Source: Parvibaculum sp. (GTDB lineage: Bacteria > Pseudomonadota > Alphaproteobacteria > Parvibaculales > Parvibaculaceae). Taken from it: a stretch of 64,000 nucleotides of DNA. Each line of letters begins with the position of its first letter. Position 1 is the stretch's first letter. Below the pieces are notes generated by a model that saw only the letters and a program-made list of their open reading frames with translations, searched no databases and had not been told where the DNA came from. Location of the stretch: assembly GCA_019635965.1 (NCBI GenBank), contig JAHBYK010000003.1, positions 10,386-74,385 of the forward strand. The letters are read 5' to 3'. Of this stretch, positions 1 to 11,181 are shown one piece after another. The position numbers were made by a program, and so were the translations under genes.

Positions 1-246
1 GACCGAAACGGGATCGATCAACACGGTCGCGCCATCCCGCTCGAGCACGAGATCGTCGTCGTTGCGCGCCGCGTCGAGCTTGAAATCATATTGAAAGCCG
101 GAGCAGCCGCCGCCCTGCACGGATACCCGCAGGCAGGTGCCTTCGTTCTCGCCCTTGAGGATTTGCGCCACCTGGCTTGCAGCGCGCGCCGTCAGCGTCA
201 CGGGCATTGAGGCGGCAGGGACAGGGGCGGTGAGGGTGTCGGTCAT
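1..246 (-). CDS. erpA: A-type Fe-S carrier (ErpA/IscA/HesB family), 3' part outside the window
   Basis: Manual translation from ATG at 246: MTDTLTAP...LRVSVQGGGCSGFQYDFKLD...ATVLIDPVS, with the GGCSG motif. It lies divergent from dgt. Not in the ORF track because it is truncated. Confidence 0.88.
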   Translation of the reverse strand, partial: MTDTLTAPVPAASMPVTLTARAASQVAQILKGENEGTCLRVSVQGGGCSGFQYDFKLDAARNDDDLVLERDGATVLIDPVSV

Positions 247-289
247 CGCGGTTTCGGCTTTCAACAATACTCGAATTAGCTTAGCAGAT

Positions 290-318
290 ATGTAGGCCCG
301 GGGCCGCCGGTTTTCAAA
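290..318 (-). promoter_or_regulatory. Putative RpoH-like promoter of erpA
   Basis: Minus strand TTTGAA-N16-CCTACAT resembles the alphaproteobacterial RpoH consensus CTTGAA-N14-16-CCTATAT. Confidence 0.4.
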
Positions 319-358
319 CCGGCGAACGGCCAAGTCCATAGAAGATCGAGGGTTTATC

Positions 359-1549
359 GTGCCAATCGCCAACCCTGCCGCCACCGCATCCTTCGCGACA
401 AAGGCAGAGGAGACGAGGGGGCGGCTCCACCCCGAGCCGGAAAGCGCAACGCGCACGGCTTTCCAGCGCGACCGCGACCGGATCATCCATTCCGTTGCCT
501 TCCGGCGGCTCAAATACAAGACGCAAGTTTTCGTCTATCACGAGGGCGACAACTACCGGACGCGGCTTTCCCATTCGCTCGAGGTATCCCAGATCGCCCG
601 TTCCATCGCGCGGGTGCTGGGGCTCGACGAAGACCTTGCCGAAACACTCGCGCTTGCGCATGACCTCGGCCACACGCCGTTCGGCCATGCCGGCGAAACG
701 GCGCTCGATGGCTGCATGAAGGAATTTGGCGGGTTCGATCATAACGCGCAGACGCTCCGTATCGTGACCAAGCTCGAACGCCGCTATGCCGAGTTCGATG
801 GGCTCAACCTGACATGGGAGACGCTTGAAGGTCTGGTCAAGCACAATGGCCCCGTGATCGTGCCGGGCATCGGCATGGATGATCTGCCGCGTGCGATGGC
901 CGAATATGCCGAGGTGCAGGACCTCGAACTTGAAAGCTATGCCGGACCCGAGGCGCAGGTGGCCGCGCTGGCCGACGACATTGCCTATAACAATCATGAC
1001 ATCGATGACGGGCTTCGTGCCGGGCTGTTCGGCATCGACGAACTGCTGGCGCTGCCGCTTGTCGGCGATGTCTTCCGCCGGGTGATGGACCGCTATCCGG
1101 GGCTTGAGGAAGCGCGTGTGATCCATGAGGCGGTGCGCGAACTGATCGGCACGATGATTGCGGATGTGCTCGACGAAACGAGAGCGCGGCTTGCCGCTGC
1201 AAGACCCGAAACCGCAGCCGATATACGCGCGATGGACCGGCCGCTGGTGGGCTTCACGCCAGAAATGAACGAACACAATGCCGCGCTCAAGGCATTTCTC
1301 TTCAAGCGCATGTATCGCCATTACCGGGTCAACCGCTCGATGAGCAAGGCGCAGCGTATCGTCCAGGACCTGTTCGGGCTGCTGCATCGCTCGCCGGACC
1401 AGCTGCCGCCAGAATGGCAACAGGGCTGCGACGGGCCCGAGGGCATGAAGACGGCGCGGCGGGTCTGCGACTACATCGCGGGCATGACCGACAAATTCGC
1501 GATAGAAGAGCATCAGCGGCTTTTCGACCTGCACGACCCGCGCTCGTGA
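359..1549 (+). CDS. dgt: Deoxyguanosinetriphosphate triphosphohydrolase (HD domain)
   Basis: FQRDRDRIIHS, KTQVF, RTRLSHSLEV, LAHDLGHTPFGHAGE, DDIAY and DYIAGMTD motifs. Confidence 0.95.
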   Translation: MPIANPAATASFATKAEETRGRLHPEPESATRTAFQRDRDRIIHSVAFRRLKYKTQVFVYHEGDNYRTRLSHSLEVSQIARSIARVLGLDEDLAETLALAHDLGHTPFGHAGETALDGCMKEFGGFDHNAQTLRIVTKLERRYAEFDGLNLTWETLEGLVKHNGPVIVPGIGMDDLPRAMAEYAEVQDLELESYAGPEAQVAALADDIAYNNHDIDDGLRAGLFGIDELLALPLVGDVFRRVMDRYPGLEEARVIHEAVRELIGTMIADVLDETRARLAAARPETAADIRAMDRPLVGFTPEMNEHNAALKAFLFKRMYRHYRVNRSMSKAQRIVQDLFGLLHRSPDQLPPEWQQGCDGPEGMKTARRVCDYIAGMTDKFAIEEHQRLFDLHDPRS

Positions 1550-1629
1550 TCCGTTCCGCAGGGGGCTGGAAAGAGCCCTGCCTCGCGGCTAGAGTGCGCG
1601 CCCGGCAGGGTCCATAAGTGGCGGCAGAT

Positions 1630-3378
1630 ATGAATATTTTTCGGTATTTCGGGGAACGGGTTGAGGCGGCGATCGGTGCCCTGACCGAAGAGGGCGTGCT
1701 GCCGCCGGGGCTCGATCCGAGCCGCATCACGGTGGAGCCGCCGCGCGATGCGAGCCATGGCGACCTGTCCACCAATGCGGCGATGGTGCTGGCAAAGCCG
1801 GCCGGTGCCAAGCCGCGCGAACTTGCCGAACGGATCGCCGCAAAACTCGCAACGGAGGAATCCGTCACCGAGGTTTCGGTGGCAGGACCGGGCTTCATCA
1901 ATCTTCGGCTGAACCCTGCCTTCTGGCAGGCCCGCATCCCGGACATTCTGCGCGCGGGCGATGCCTATGGGGCGAGCGAACTTGGCGCCGGCGAGGCGGT
2001 GAATGTCGAATATGTCTCGGCCAACCCGACCGGGCCGATGCATGTCGGCCATGTGCGCGGCGCGGTGTTCGGCGATGCACTGGCGAACCTGCTCGAGAAG
2101 GTCGGGTATCGCGTCTGCCGCGAATATTACATCAATGATGCGGGCGGTCAGATCGAGGTGCTGGCGCGGAGCGCCATGCTGCGCTACCGCGAGGCGCTGG
2201 GCGAGACGATCGAAATTCCCGAAGGGCTTTATCCGGGCGACTATCTGAAGCCGGTGGGGCAGGCGCTTGCCGCGATGCATGGCAAGGCGCTGCTTGAAAT
2301 GGAAGAGGCGGACGCGCTGAAGATCGCGCGTGAAACCGCGGTCGGGGCGATGATGGAGCTGATCCGCGGCGATCTCGCGGTGCTCGGCATCACGCATGAG
2401 GTGTTCTTTTCGGAGCTGTCGCTGCACCGGTCGGGCGCTGTCGAAAAGACGCTGAAGATACTCGAGGACAAGGGGCTCATCTATGTCGGCACGCTGGAGC
2501 CGCCGAAGGGCGAGCTGCCCGATGACTGGGAGCCGAGACCGCAGACATTGTTCCGCTCGACGCTGTTCGGCGACGATACGGACCGCGCGCTGAAAAAGTC
2601 CGACGGGAGCTGGACCTATTTTGCCCCGGACATTGCCTATCATCTCGACAAGTTCGAACGCGGCTACCGGACGATGATCGACGTCTGGGGCGCCGACCAC
2701 TCCGGCTATATCAAGCGCATGAAGGCGGCGATCGAAGGCGTCACGGGGGGGCAGGCCGAATTCGACGTGAAGGTCTGCCAGATGGTCCGGCTGTTCCGGA
2801 ATGGCGAGCCGGTCCGCATGTCGAAGCGGGCGGGCGATTTCGTGACGCTGCGCGATGTGGTTGACGAGGTGGGCAAGGGCGTCGTGCGCTTCATGATGCT
2901 GACGCGCAAGAATGATGCGCCGCTCGATTTCGATTTCGCCAAGGTGATGGAACAGTCGCGCGACAATCCCGTCTTTTATGTGCAGTACGCTCATGCGCGT
3001 ATTCATTCGGTGCTGCGCAATGCGGCGGAAGCGGGCAGCTACGACCTGTCCGACGGGGCGCTGGCCAATGCGGATCTGACGCGCCTGTCAGATGAGGCGG
3101 AGATGACGCTCATCCGGCTGATGGCGTCCTTCCCACGTCAGGTGGAGCAGGCGGCGCTGGCGCATGAGCCCCATCGCATCGCCTTCTATCTCGACGATCT
3201 TGCGGCCGCCTTCCACGGGTTATGGAACAAGGGCAAGGACGAGCCCGCATTGCGCTTCATCCAGGCGGATGATCCCGGTGCTACGCTTGCGCGGCTGGCC
3301 TTGATTCGTGCCGCAGCCCATGTGATCGCGGCCGGTCTGGGGATTTTGGGGGTCGAACCGATCGAGGAGATGCGCTGA
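1630..3378 (+). CDS. argS: Arginine--tRNA ligase
   Basis: [16 protein letters not shown] (HIGH), MSKRAG (KMSKS-like), YVQYAHAR and C-terminal EEMR. ATG at 1630 preferred to GTG at 1618. Confidence 0.97.
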   Translation: MNIFRYFGERVEAAIGALTEEGVLPPGLDPSRITVEPPRDASHGDLSTNAAMVLAKPAGAKPRELAERIAAKLATEESVTEVSVAGPGFINLRLNPAFWQARIPDILRAGDAYGASELGAGEAVNVEYVSANPTGPMHVGHVRGAVFGDALANLLEKVGYRVCREYYINDAGGQIEVLARSAMLRYREALGETIEIPEGLYPGDYLKPVGQALAAMHGKALLEMEEADALKIARETAVGAMMELIRGDLAVLGITHEVFFSELSLHRSGAVEKTLKILEDKGLIYVGTLEPPKGELPDDWEPRPQTLFRSTLFGDDTDRALKKSDGSWTYFAPDIAYHLDKFERGYRTMIDVWGADHSGYIKRMKAAIEGVTGGQAEFDVKVCQMVRLFRNGEPVRMSKRAGDFVTLRDVVDEVGKGVVRFMMLTRKNDAPLDFDFAKVMEQSRDNPVFYVQYAHARIHSVLRNAAEAGSYDLSDGALANADLTRLSDEAEMTLIRLMASFPRQVEQAALAHEPHRIAFYLDDLAAAFHGLWNKGKDEPALRFIQADDPGATLARLALIRAAAHVIAAGLGILGVEPIEEMR

Positions 3379-4235
3379 TGCCGCGGCGAGACGACGGTTG
3401 GGACGAAGATCCCGAATATGACTTCGACCCCGATGTCGAAGACTATGAGCAGTATGAGGACGAGGACGAGGACACAGGCGGCGGGCGGCGGCGCACGCTG
3501 ATGATGCTCACCGTGCTTGCACTTCTCGTCGTATTCGGCGGCATCATGCTGCTCGCCTACCGGGAAGGATCGCCGGATGGGGCGGGCGGGATGCCGCCTC
3601 TCCTGCGTGCCGATGGCGGACCTGTGAAGGTGCCGCCGGAGAATCCGGGCGGCCGGAAATTCCCGCATCAGGATGCCGGCGTTTACAACCGGATTGCGGG
3701 CGATAGCCGCGCGGGGAGCGAAGAAGGCGAGCAATTGCTGCCACCCGCCGAAGAGCCGCTTGCGATCGAAGCGCCTGCGATCCGGCCGGAGGACCAGCGT
3801 GCGCTCGACCGCATGGCAGAGGCCATCGAGAGCAGCCCGCTGGACGCGCCCCTGCCTGCCGGTGATGCTGGCGTTGCCGCTCAGCAACCGGCCTTGGCGC
3901 CTTCCGAACCGGCGCCTGCCGTGGTTGAAACGCCTCCCGCTCCGCAGACGGTCAGTCCGGCCGCACCCGCAGCCCCTGCCGCATCGGGGGGCGGCTTTGT
4001 CGTTCAGCTGGCGGCGCTTCGTGACGAGCAGTCGGCGCGCGATACGTTCGCCCGGCTGCAATCCCGCTATCCGGACCTGCTGGGCGGACTGACGGCTGAT
4101 ATTCAGCGGGCCGATCTCGGCGCGAGTGGCATCTATTACCGGGCGCGGGCGGGCTATCTCGACCGGGCCGCGGCGAACGCTCTGTGCGAGCGGCTGGCAG
4201 CGCAGGGGCAGGCCTGCATTGTGAGGGAAAGGTGA
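3378..4235 (+). CDS. Bitopic SPOR-domain cell division protein (FtsN-like)
   Basis: Acidic N-terminal tail, one TM helix, Pro/Ala linker and C-terminal SPOR domain (VQLAAL...GIYYRAR...A..LC..L...GQAC), located between argS and nagZ. Confidence 0.85.
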   Translation: MPRRDDGWDEDPEYDFDPDVEDYEQYEDEDEDTGGGRRRTLMMLTVLALLVVFGGIMLLAYREGSPDGAGGMPPLLRADGGPVKVPPENPGGRKFPHQDAGVYNRIAGDSRAGSEEGEQLLPPAEEPLAIEAPAIRPEDQRALDRMAEAIESSPLDAPLPAGDAGVAAQQPALAPSEPAPAVVETPPAPQTVSPAAPAAPAASGGGFVVQLAALRDEQSARDTFARLQSRYPDLLGGLTADIQRADLGASGIYYRARAGYLDRAAANALCERLAAQGQACIVRER

Positions 4236-5245
4236 GCGTCTACGCCTCGATTTATGGATGCATGGGAACGGCGCTCACGGATGAGGAGCGCCGTTTCTTT
4301 CGCGATGTGCGGCCCTGGGGTTTCATTCTCTTTGCGCGCAATATCGACGAGCCGGAACAGGTGCGGCGGCTGATCGCCGAATTGCGCGAGGCAGCGGGCC
4401 ATGAGGCGGAAGTCCTGATCGATCAGGAGGGAGGCCGGGTGCAAAGGCTGCGGCCGCCTTATTGGCGCGCCTATCCGCCGGGGCGGCGGTTCGGCGAACT
4501 CTATGAGCGCAATGTGGAGACCGGGCTTCATGCGGCGCGGCTCGGCGCGAAGCTGATTGCGGCGGAGCTTCGCTATCTCGGTTTCACGGTCGACTGTCTG
4601 CCGGTGCTCGACGTGCCGGTGCCGGGCGCTCATGACGTGATCGGCGACCGCGCCTATGCACTGACGCCGGGGCCTGTTGCGGCGCTCGGCCTTGCGGCGG
4701 CGGAAGGGCTTCTGGCGGGCGGCGTCCTGCCGGTCATCAAACATATTCCGGGGCATGGGCGGGCAGGCGTCGACAGCCATCTGAGCCTGCCGGTGGTCGA
4801 TACGCCTGCGGACGTACTCGAGCAGATCGATTTTGCACCCTTTCATGCGCTGCGCCACATGCCGCTCGCCATGACCGCGCATGTCGTCTATTCGGCTTAT
4901 GACGCCGAACGCCCGGCAACGACATCGCCGCTCGTGATCGAGGATGTGATACGGGGCCATATCGGCTTTGACGGGCTGCTCATGTCGGACGATCTGTCGA
5001 TGGAGGCACTTTCCGGATCGCTCGGCGAGCGGGCTCGGGCAAGCCTCGCGGCGGGCTGCGATCTCGTTCTGCATTGCAACGGGAAAATGGACGAAATGCG
5101 CGCTATCGCGCCGGAAGTGCCGATTCTCTCCGGTGTCGCGCGGGAGAGGTCCGAAAAGGCGATTTCGCTGCGGAAATCCTCGCTTGTTCCCCTCGATATC
5201 GACCTGGCCTTGCGGCAATTCTCCGCCCTTACTGCCGTTTCATGA
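4232..5245 (+). CDS. nagZ: Beta-N-acetylhexosaminidase (GH3)
   Basis: IDQEGGRVQRL, KHIPGHG.A.VDSH and MSDDLSM motifs. GTG start overlaps the upstream stop (GTGA). Confidence 0.95.
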   Translation: MSVYASIYGCMGTALTDEERRFFRDVRPWGFILFARNIDEPEQVRRLIAELREAAGHEAEVLIDQEGGRVQRLRPPYWRAYPPGRRFGELYERNVETGLHAARLGAKLIAAELRYLGFTVDCLPVLDVPVPGAHDVIGDRAYALTPGPVAALGLAAAEGLLAGGVLPVIKHIPGHGRAGVDSHLSLPVVDTPADVLEQIDFAPFHALRHMPLAMTAHVVYSAYDAERPATTSPLVIEDVIRGHIGFDGLLMSDDLSMEALSGSLGERARASLAAGCDLVLHCNGKMDEMRAIAPEVPILSGVARERSEKAISLRKSSLVPLDIDLALRQFSALTAVS

Positions 5246-5371
5246 CAGAAGGCTGGGGATAAGCCGAGAAACGGGGTACCGGCCCCATGGGGTGCGGGTT
5301 ATAAAGGCCGGACGTCCCTTGCTGGCGGGAAAACGGCAGGGGCGAGCGGGGATTTCACTATTTCGGATCGG

Positions 5372-6295
5372 ATGCAACAGGCAGTCATGAGCGGGACGCC
5401 TACCGAGAGCGACGCTGACGGCGGATCGCAGCCCGTCGAGGCTGCCATGCCGGATGCTGCCTCGACCTTCGAGGAAGGTGCGCCGCGCGTTGCCGCAATG
5501 CCGGACGAAAATACGCTGATCGTCGATCTCGACGGTTTCGAGGGGCCGCTCGACGTGCTGCTGATGCTGGCACGGAACCAGAAGGTCGATCTCACCAAGA
5601 TCTCCATTCTGAAGCTCGCCGAGCAGTATCTCGACTTCATTGCCCAGGCGAAGCGGATGGAGCTCGATCTCGCCGCCGACTACCTGGTGATGGCGTCTTG
5701 GCTCGCCTTCCTGAAATCGAAACTGCTGCTGCCCGCACCGGAAGAGGAAGAAGGCCCGAGCGGCGCCGAAATGGCGGCCCGGCTGGCCTTCCAGCTTCAG
5801 CGGCTCGAAGCGATGCGCAAGGCCGCAGTCGAGATATTCGCGCGGCGGTGCCGGATGGGAATACACGTCTTTCCGCGAGGGGCGCCTGAGGGCATTCGCC
5901 TCATCAAAACAAGCGAGTATCAGGGAACGCTCTATGAGCTTCTGAAGTCCTATTCGGACCAGCGCCTGAAGGGCCACGAGACGAAATGGGAACCGAAGCG
6001 CCTGCCGATCATGGCAATCGAGGCGGCGCGGCACCGGCTCGAACGCATGATGGGCATGATGTTCGACTGGGACCGCATCGACAATTTCGTGCCTGCGGAC
6101 AACATGACACCGGCCATGCGCCGATCGGCCATTGCGAGCACGTTCAGTGCGGCGCTGGTGCTGGCCAAGGACGGTCTGATGGAAATCCGCCAGACGGGCG
6201 CGTTTGGCCCGGTATTCGTCCGGCGCCGCGACAAGCAACCCGATCCATTGCCGTCGGAGCCCGATGGCGAGCCTGAGAAGACCGAAGATGAATGA
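5372..6295 (+). CDS. scpA: Segregation and condensation protein A (kleisin)
   Basis: FEGPLDVLLMLAR and AADYLVMASWLAFLKSKLLLP; start codon uncertain. Confidence 0.93.
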   Translation: MQQAVMSGTPTESDADGGSQPVEAAMPDAASTFEEGAPRVAAMPDENTLIVDLDGFEGPLDVLLMLARNQKVDLTKISILKLAEQYLDFIAQAKRMELDLAADYLVMASWLAFLKSKLLLPAPEEEEGPSGAEMAARLAFQLQRLEAMRKAAVEIFARRCRMGIHVFPRGAPEGIRLIKTSEYQGTLYELLKSYSDQRLKGHETKWEPKRLPIMAIEAARHRLERMMGMMFDWDRIDNFVPADNMTPAMRRSAIASTFSAALVLAKDGLMEIRQTGAFGPVFVRRRDKQPDPLPSEPDGEPEKTEDE

Positions 6296-7121
6296 TGAGA
6301 CCAGCGTGAGCGAAGCCGAAGACGAGATCGACATGCTGCCGGAGGAGGCGGAAATGCCCGCCGATGGCGGCGAGGAAGATTTCGATGGCGAGGAATCCGC
6401 GCTCGACGGCGAGGCGGAGGATGCGGCGGAAAATGTCGTCCGCTTCCCCGGCAATGCGGCCGACCATGCACAGCTCATGCGGATGGTCGAGGCGCTGCTT
6501 TTTGCCGCCGCCGAGCCGCTCGACATCGACTCTATTGCGGGACGGCTGCCCGAGGGGGCGGATGTGGGCGCGGTGATCGAGGATTTGCAGAAGGCCTATG
6601 AAAGCCGCGGCGTTCATCTCGTCCGGATTGCGAACAAATGGATGTTCCGCACTGCCGACGACCTGTCGTTCCTGATGGAACGCGAGGCGGTTGAGCAGAA
6701 GAAGCTGTCGCGCGCTGCCATGGAGACGCTTGCGATCATCGCCTATCACCAGCCGGCAACGCGCGCTGAAATCGAGGAAATCCGCGGCGTTACCGTTTCC
6801 AAGGGGACGCTCGACGTGCTGATGGAGACGGGCTGGGTGAGGCTGCGCGGCCGCAAGAAGACGCCCGGCCGCCCGGTCACCTATGGCACCACGGAAGCCT
6901 TTCTCGTTCATTTCGGCCTCGAGAATATTGGCGATCTGCCGGGCATGGACGAGCTGAAGGCGGCCGGCCTGCTGGACGGGCGCCTGCCGCCGGGCTTCGA
7001 TGTGCCGACGCCGAGCGAGACCGGCGGCGAGGGCGACGGCGATTTCTCCGATGATGAGGAGGAATATGGCGCGGCGCTGGACGAGCATCTGGCCCAGGAT
7101 AGCGCCGCGGACGACCGATAG
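6288..7121 (+). CDS. scpB: SMC-Scp complex subunit ScpB
   Basis: VEALLFAA, LSRAAMETLAIIAYHQPATRAEIEEIRGV and PGRPVTYGTT; ATG at 6288. Confidence 0.95.
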   Translation: MNDETSVSEAEDEIDMLPEEAEMPADGGEEDFDGEESALDGEAEDAAENVVRFPGNAADHAQLMRMVEALLFAAAEPLDIDSIAGRLPEGADVGAVIEDLQKAYESRGVHLVRIANKWMFRTADDLSFLMEREAVEQKKLSRAAMETLAIIAYHQPATRAEIEEIRGVTVSKGTLDVLMETGWVRLRGRKKTPGRPVTYGTTEAFLVHFGLENIGDLPGMDELKAAGLLDGRLPPGFDVPTPSETGGEGDGDFSDDEEEYGAALDEHLAQDSAADDR

Positions 7122-7323
7122 ACTTGAGACACCACATTAAGCGGGTGAGAAAGTCACTGACATAATCGTGATTTGCCGGGTTATGTTAATAATTTTTCTT
7201 TGATGGTGCTGCTGTGACCGTTTCGGGATTGGTGTCGCAATTTTTGTCCGGAACGCCCATATTGGACGCCAGTGTTGCTTCATTCTAAGCAGGGCACGGT
7301 TTTCCGGGCCCCTGGAGATCAAA

Positions 7324-7554
7324 ATGCCGGGTTGGACTCAAATTCTCATCGTGCTCGTGCTGATCGTGCTGCTGTTCGGCCGGGGCAAGATTTCCGACAT
7401 GATGGGAGACGTTGCGAAGGGCATCCGCAGCTTCAAGAAGGGCCTCGCCGACGAGGACGAGGGGCAGATGGCAAAGTCCGAGCCCAAAACGATCGACGCC
7501 ACCGTGTCGCGCGAGGAAAGCGCGGACGCGAAGAACAAGGCATCGCAGGGCTAA
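7324..7554 (+). CDS. tatA: Twin-arginine translocase TatA
   Basis: N-terminal [27 protein letters not shown]; GGAG Shine-Dalgarno. Confidence 0.95.
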   Translation: MPGWTQILIVLVLIVLLFGRGKISDMMGDVAKGIRSFKKGLADEDEGQMAKSEPKTIDATVSREESADAKNKASQG

Positions 7555-7615
7555 CAACTGACGCGCGAGTGCCGGACGGCGGGTCCGGCGCGGCGCTGGC
7601 AATCCGGTAAGCCTC

Positions 7616-8074
7616 ATGTTCGATATAGGCTGGTCAGAGCTGCTCGTGATTGCAGCTATCGCGATCATTTTCGTAGGTCCGAAGGATCTGCCGAAGATGA
7701 TGCGCACGGCCGGCCAGTATGTCGCCAAGGTGCGGGGCATGGCCCGCGAGTTCCAGAGCTCCTTCGACGAGCTGGCCCGCGAGACGGAACTGGAGGAGCT
7801 GCGCAAGGAAGTTGCCGCGCTAAAAAACCAGGCGACGAAGCCGCTCCGCTCGCTTCAGGACGAGCTGGACAAGGCGGTGAAGGCTGGCGGTGCGGGAGCC
7901 GCTGCGGCCCCGGCCGCAAGTACCGCAGAGGCAAAGCCCACGGCCCAACCCCTCGACACGAGTGGCGTTTCGGAGGGGATCGCGGCGTCGATCCGCGAGG
8001 CGGAAGAGATCGAGGCATTCGGCGCAGGCGATCCAGCCGCCGGTGCCGCGAAGACCGGGCAGTCCCGCGAATGA
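7616..8074 (+). CDS. tatB: Twin-arginine translocase TatB
   Basis: MFDIGWSELLVI...GPKDLP signature. Confidence 0.95.
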   Translation: MFDIGWSELLVIAAIAIIFVGPKDLPKMMRTAGQYVAKVRGMAREFQSSFDELARETELEELRKEVAALKNQATKPLRSLQDELDKAVKAGGAGAAAAPAASTAEAKPTAQPLDTSGVSEGIAASIREAEEIEAFGAGDPAAGAAKTGQSRE

Positions 8075-8084
8075 GCGCCTGCCA

Positions 8085-8909
8085 ATGAGTGCAACATCAG
8101 CGCAACCCAATCCGGACGACGAGATCGAGGCCTCGCGGGCACCGCTCCTCGATCATCTGATCGAGCTTCGTTCGCGGCTCATCAAGGTAATGATCGCCTT
8201 CATCATTGCCTTTGGCGTGTGTTTCTTCTTCTCGAAGGAGATCTTCAACTTCCTCGTCGAGCCCTATAACCGGATCGTCGCAGAGGAGGGAGGTGCACAC
8301 CTGATCTATACGGCGCCGCAGGAGTTCTTCATCACAAGACTCAAGCTGTCGATGTTCGGCGCGGTCTTCATCGCGTTTCCGATCATCGCTGCACAGGTCT
8401 ACATGTTCGTCGCGCCCGGCCTCTACAAGCATGAGCGCGGGGCATTCATTCCCTATCTGATCGCAACGCCGGTCCTTTTCCTGATGGGAGCGGGGCTCGT
8501 CTATTTCGGCGCGTTGCCGATCGCGCTCAATTTCTTCGTCGGCATGGAGCAGGCTGGCGGCGATGGCGAGGCAACCATCGAGGCGCTTTACAAGGTCAGC
8601 GAATATCTGAGCCTTGTGATGGCCTTCATTCTGGCCTTCGGAATCTGCTTCCAGCTGCCCGTGGTCCTGACCCTGCTGGCGCGGGCGGGCCTCGTCAATT
8701 CGGGTCAGCTGAAGCGCGGGCGGCGCTATGCCATCGTCATCATCTTTGCGGTCGCCGCCTTTCTGACGCCGCCGGATCTCTTCAGCCAGATCGCACTCGG
8801 CGTGCCGACTCTGCTGCTCTATGAGCTTTCCATCTTCAGCGTCCGCTGGATGGAAAAGAAGAAGGAAGAGGCGGAAGCGGGGGGCGAGCCGGAGGCTGGC
8901 GAGGCCTGA
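8085..8909 (+). CDS. tatC: Twin-arginine translocase TatC
   Basis: PLLDHLIELRSRL, FVAPGLYKHE, FQLP and LTPPD motifs; ATG at 8085. Confidence 0.96.
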   Translation: MSATSAQPNPDDEIEASRAPLLDHLIELRSRLIKVMIAFIIAFGVCFFFSKEIFNFLVEPYNRIVAEEGGAHLIYTAPQEFFITRLKLSMFGAVFIAFPIIAAQVYMFVAPGLYKHERGAFIPYLIATPVLFLMGAGLVYFGALPIALNFFVGMEQAGGDGEATIEALYKVSEYLSLVMAFILAFGICFQLPVVLTLLARAGLVNSGQLKRGRRYAIVIIFAVAAFLTPPDLFSQIALGVPTLLLYELSIFSVRWMEKKKEEAEAGGEPEAGEA

Positions 8910-9045
8910 TTGTCCGTGCCGCCTTGTCTGGACGCTCCGGGGCTTTCCGCCTATACAGGGCGCCGATAGCGGCCGGGCGGCTGCGGGTTGATTCGGCCCC
9001 GCATGCTGCACGGTTCCGTGGCCTTCTTTCCTTCTTCGAGGTGTC

Positions 9046-10353
9046 ATGTTCGACATCAAAGCCATCCGGGACGACGCCCAGGCCTTCGACGCGGGGCTCG
9101 CCAAGCGCGGGCTCGAACCGCAATCCGCGCGCCTCATCGAGATCGACGAGCGCCGCCGTGCGATCATCACCTCGCTGCAGGAATTGCAGCAGCGCCGCAA
9201 CGATGCCTCGAAGCTGATCGGTCAGGCCAAGGCGAAGAAGGACGATGCGCTCGCTCAGAGCCTGATGGACGAGGTGGCGAGCATCAAGAGCGCCATCCAG
9301 GATGGCGAGGAGAAGGAGCGCACGGTGAACGCCGAGCTTGAAGCGGCGCTCGCCTCGATCCCCAATATTCCGCTGGAAGATGTGCCGGTCGGGCCGGACG
9401 AGAGCGCCAATGTCGTGCGCCACACGCATGGCGCCGCGCGGGCGATGAATTTCGCCGCGAAGGAGCATTTCGAGCTTGGCGAAGCGCTCGGGCTCATGGA
9501 TTTCGAGACGGCGGCGAAAATGTCCGGCGCGCGCTTCACGGTGCTGAAAGGTCCGCTCGCGCGGCTCGAACGGGCCATCGGCAATTTCATGGTCGATCTC
9601 CACACCACGGAGTTCGGCTACGAGGAAGTGATGCCGCCGCTGATGGTGCGCGACGAAGCGATGTTCGGCACGGCGCAGCTGCCGAAATTTGCGGACGATC
9701 AGTTTGCGACCTTCAAGGGTCAGAGCCGGGACGATCAGGAAATGTACTGGCTCATCCCCACAGCCGAAGTTCCGCTGACCAATCTCGTGCGCGAAAGCAT
9801 TCTTGCCGAGGAAGAACTGCCGAAGCGCTTCACGGCCTATACGGCCTGTTTCCGCGCCGAAGCCGGCGCGGCAGGGCGCGACACGCGCGGCATGATCCGG
9901 CAGCACCAGTTTTCGAAAGTGGAACTCGTTTCCATCACCGCGCCGGAGAAGTCCGGCGAGGAACATGAACGGATGCTTGCCTGCGCCGAGGAAGTGCTGA
10001 AGCGGCTCGATCTTCACTACCGCGTGATGGTGCTTTCGACCGGCGACATGGGTTTTGCCTCGCGCAAGACCTATGACATCGAGGTCTGGCTGCCGGGACA
10101 AAATGCCTTCCGCGAGATTTCATCCTGCTCGGTCTGCGGCGATTTCCAGGCGCGGCGAATGAATGCACGCTACCGGCCCAAGGGCGAGAAAGGCACGCGC
10201 TTCGTGCACACGCTGAACGGCTCGGGCCTTGCCGTGGGACGGGCGCTTATCGCCGTCATGGAAAACTATCAGCAGGATGATGGCACCATCGCGGTGCCGG
10301 ATGTGCTGAAGCCTTACATGGGTGGCATGGAGGTCATTGCGGCACATGGCTAG
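9046..10353 (+). CDS. serS: Serine--tRNA ligase
   Basis: N-terminal coiled coil, [30 protein letters not shown] and HTLNGSGLA. Confidence 0.98.
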   Translation: MFDIKAIRDDAQAFDAGLAKRGLEPQSARLIEIDERRRAIITSLQELQQRRNDASKLIGQAKAKKDDALAQSLMDEVASIKSAIQDGEEKERTVNAELEAALASIPNIPLEDVPVGPDESANVVRHTHGAARAMNFAAKEHFELGEALGLMDFETAAKMSGARFTVLKGPLARLERAIGNFMVDLHTTEFGYEEVMPPLMVRDEAMFGTAQLPKFADDQFATFKGQSRDDQEMYWLIPTAEVPLTNLVRESILAEEELPKRFTAYTACFRAEAGAAGRDTRGMIRQHQFSKVELVSITAPEKSGEEHERMLACAEEVLKRLDLHYRVMVLSTGDMGFASRKTYDIEVWLPGQNAFREISSCSVCGDFQARRMNARYRPKGEKGTRFVHTLNGSGLAVGRALIAVMENYQQDDGTIAVPDVLKPYMGGMEVIAAHG

Positions 10354-11170
10354 CTCAGTCACCAAGGGCCTGCGTATTCTGGTCACGAATGATGACGGCA
10401 TCCACGCGCCGGGGCTGAAGGCGCTGGAGAAGATTGCGCGCAAGCTCTCATCGGATGTCTGGGTGGTGGCACCGGAGGAAGAGCAGAGCGGTTCGGCACA
10501 TTCGCTGTCGCTCGCCAATCCGCTCCGGGTGCGCAAGCTCTCCGCGAAGAAATATGCAGTGCGCGGCACGCCGTCCGACTGCGTGCTGATGGCGGTGCGC
10601 CATATCATGATGGAGATGCCGCCGGATCTCGTGCTCTCGGGCGTCAATCGCGGCCAGAACATCGCCGACGACGTGACCTATTCGGGCACGATCGCTGCCG
10701 CCATGGAAGGCACGCAGCTCGGTATTCCCTCGATCGCGCTCAGCCAGGCTTTCGGCTTTTCCGGCCATGCCAATGTGAAATGGGCGACGGCGGAGCATTT
10801 CGCGCCGGAGATCATCGAGAAGCTCGTTGCCGCAGGCTGGCCCGAGGAAGTTCTCATCAATGTGAATTTCCCCGATGTCGTGCCCGGCTCCGTCACCGGC
10901 ATCGAAGTGACGCGGCAGGGCAAGCGCGACCAGTCTCTGGTCCGTGTGGAAGAGCGGATCGACGCGCGGAACAATCCCTATTATTGGCTCGGCTTCGAGC
11001 GCATTCTCAGCAATCCGCCGCAGGGAACGGATCTGCGTGCGATCTATGAAGGGCGCATTTCGATTACGCCGCTCCACATGGATCTCACCCATATGCGGAC
11101 ATCGAAAGCCCTCAGCGATGCGCTTGGTTCGCTGGCGCAGCCGCGCAAGCCGCGCCGCAGCAAGGGCTGA
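10346..11170 (+). CDS. surE: 5'/3'-nucleotidase SurE
   Basis: [28 protein letters not shown] and YSGT motifs. Confidence 0.97.
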   Translation: MASSVTKGLRILVTNDDGIHAPGLKALEKIARKLSSDVWVVAPEEEQSGSAHSLSLANPLRVRKLSAKKYAVRGTPSDCVLMAVRHIMMEMPPDLVLSGVNRGQNIADDVTYSGTIAAAMEGTQLGIPSIALSQAFGFSGHANVKWATAEHFAPEIIEKLVAAGWPEEVLINVNFPDVVPGSVTGIEVTRQGKRDQSLVRVEERIDARNNPYYWLGFERILSNPPQGTDLRAIYEGRISITPLHMDLTHMRTSKALSDALGSLAQPRKPRRSKG

Positions 11171-11181
11171 ACGGACCCCTC

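Noticed and set aside
7122-7323. AT-rich scpB-tatA spacer with TTAA half-sites (CtrA box or sRNA?)
   Set aside because: No TTAA-N7-TTAA and no convincing structure; most simply the tat promoter region.
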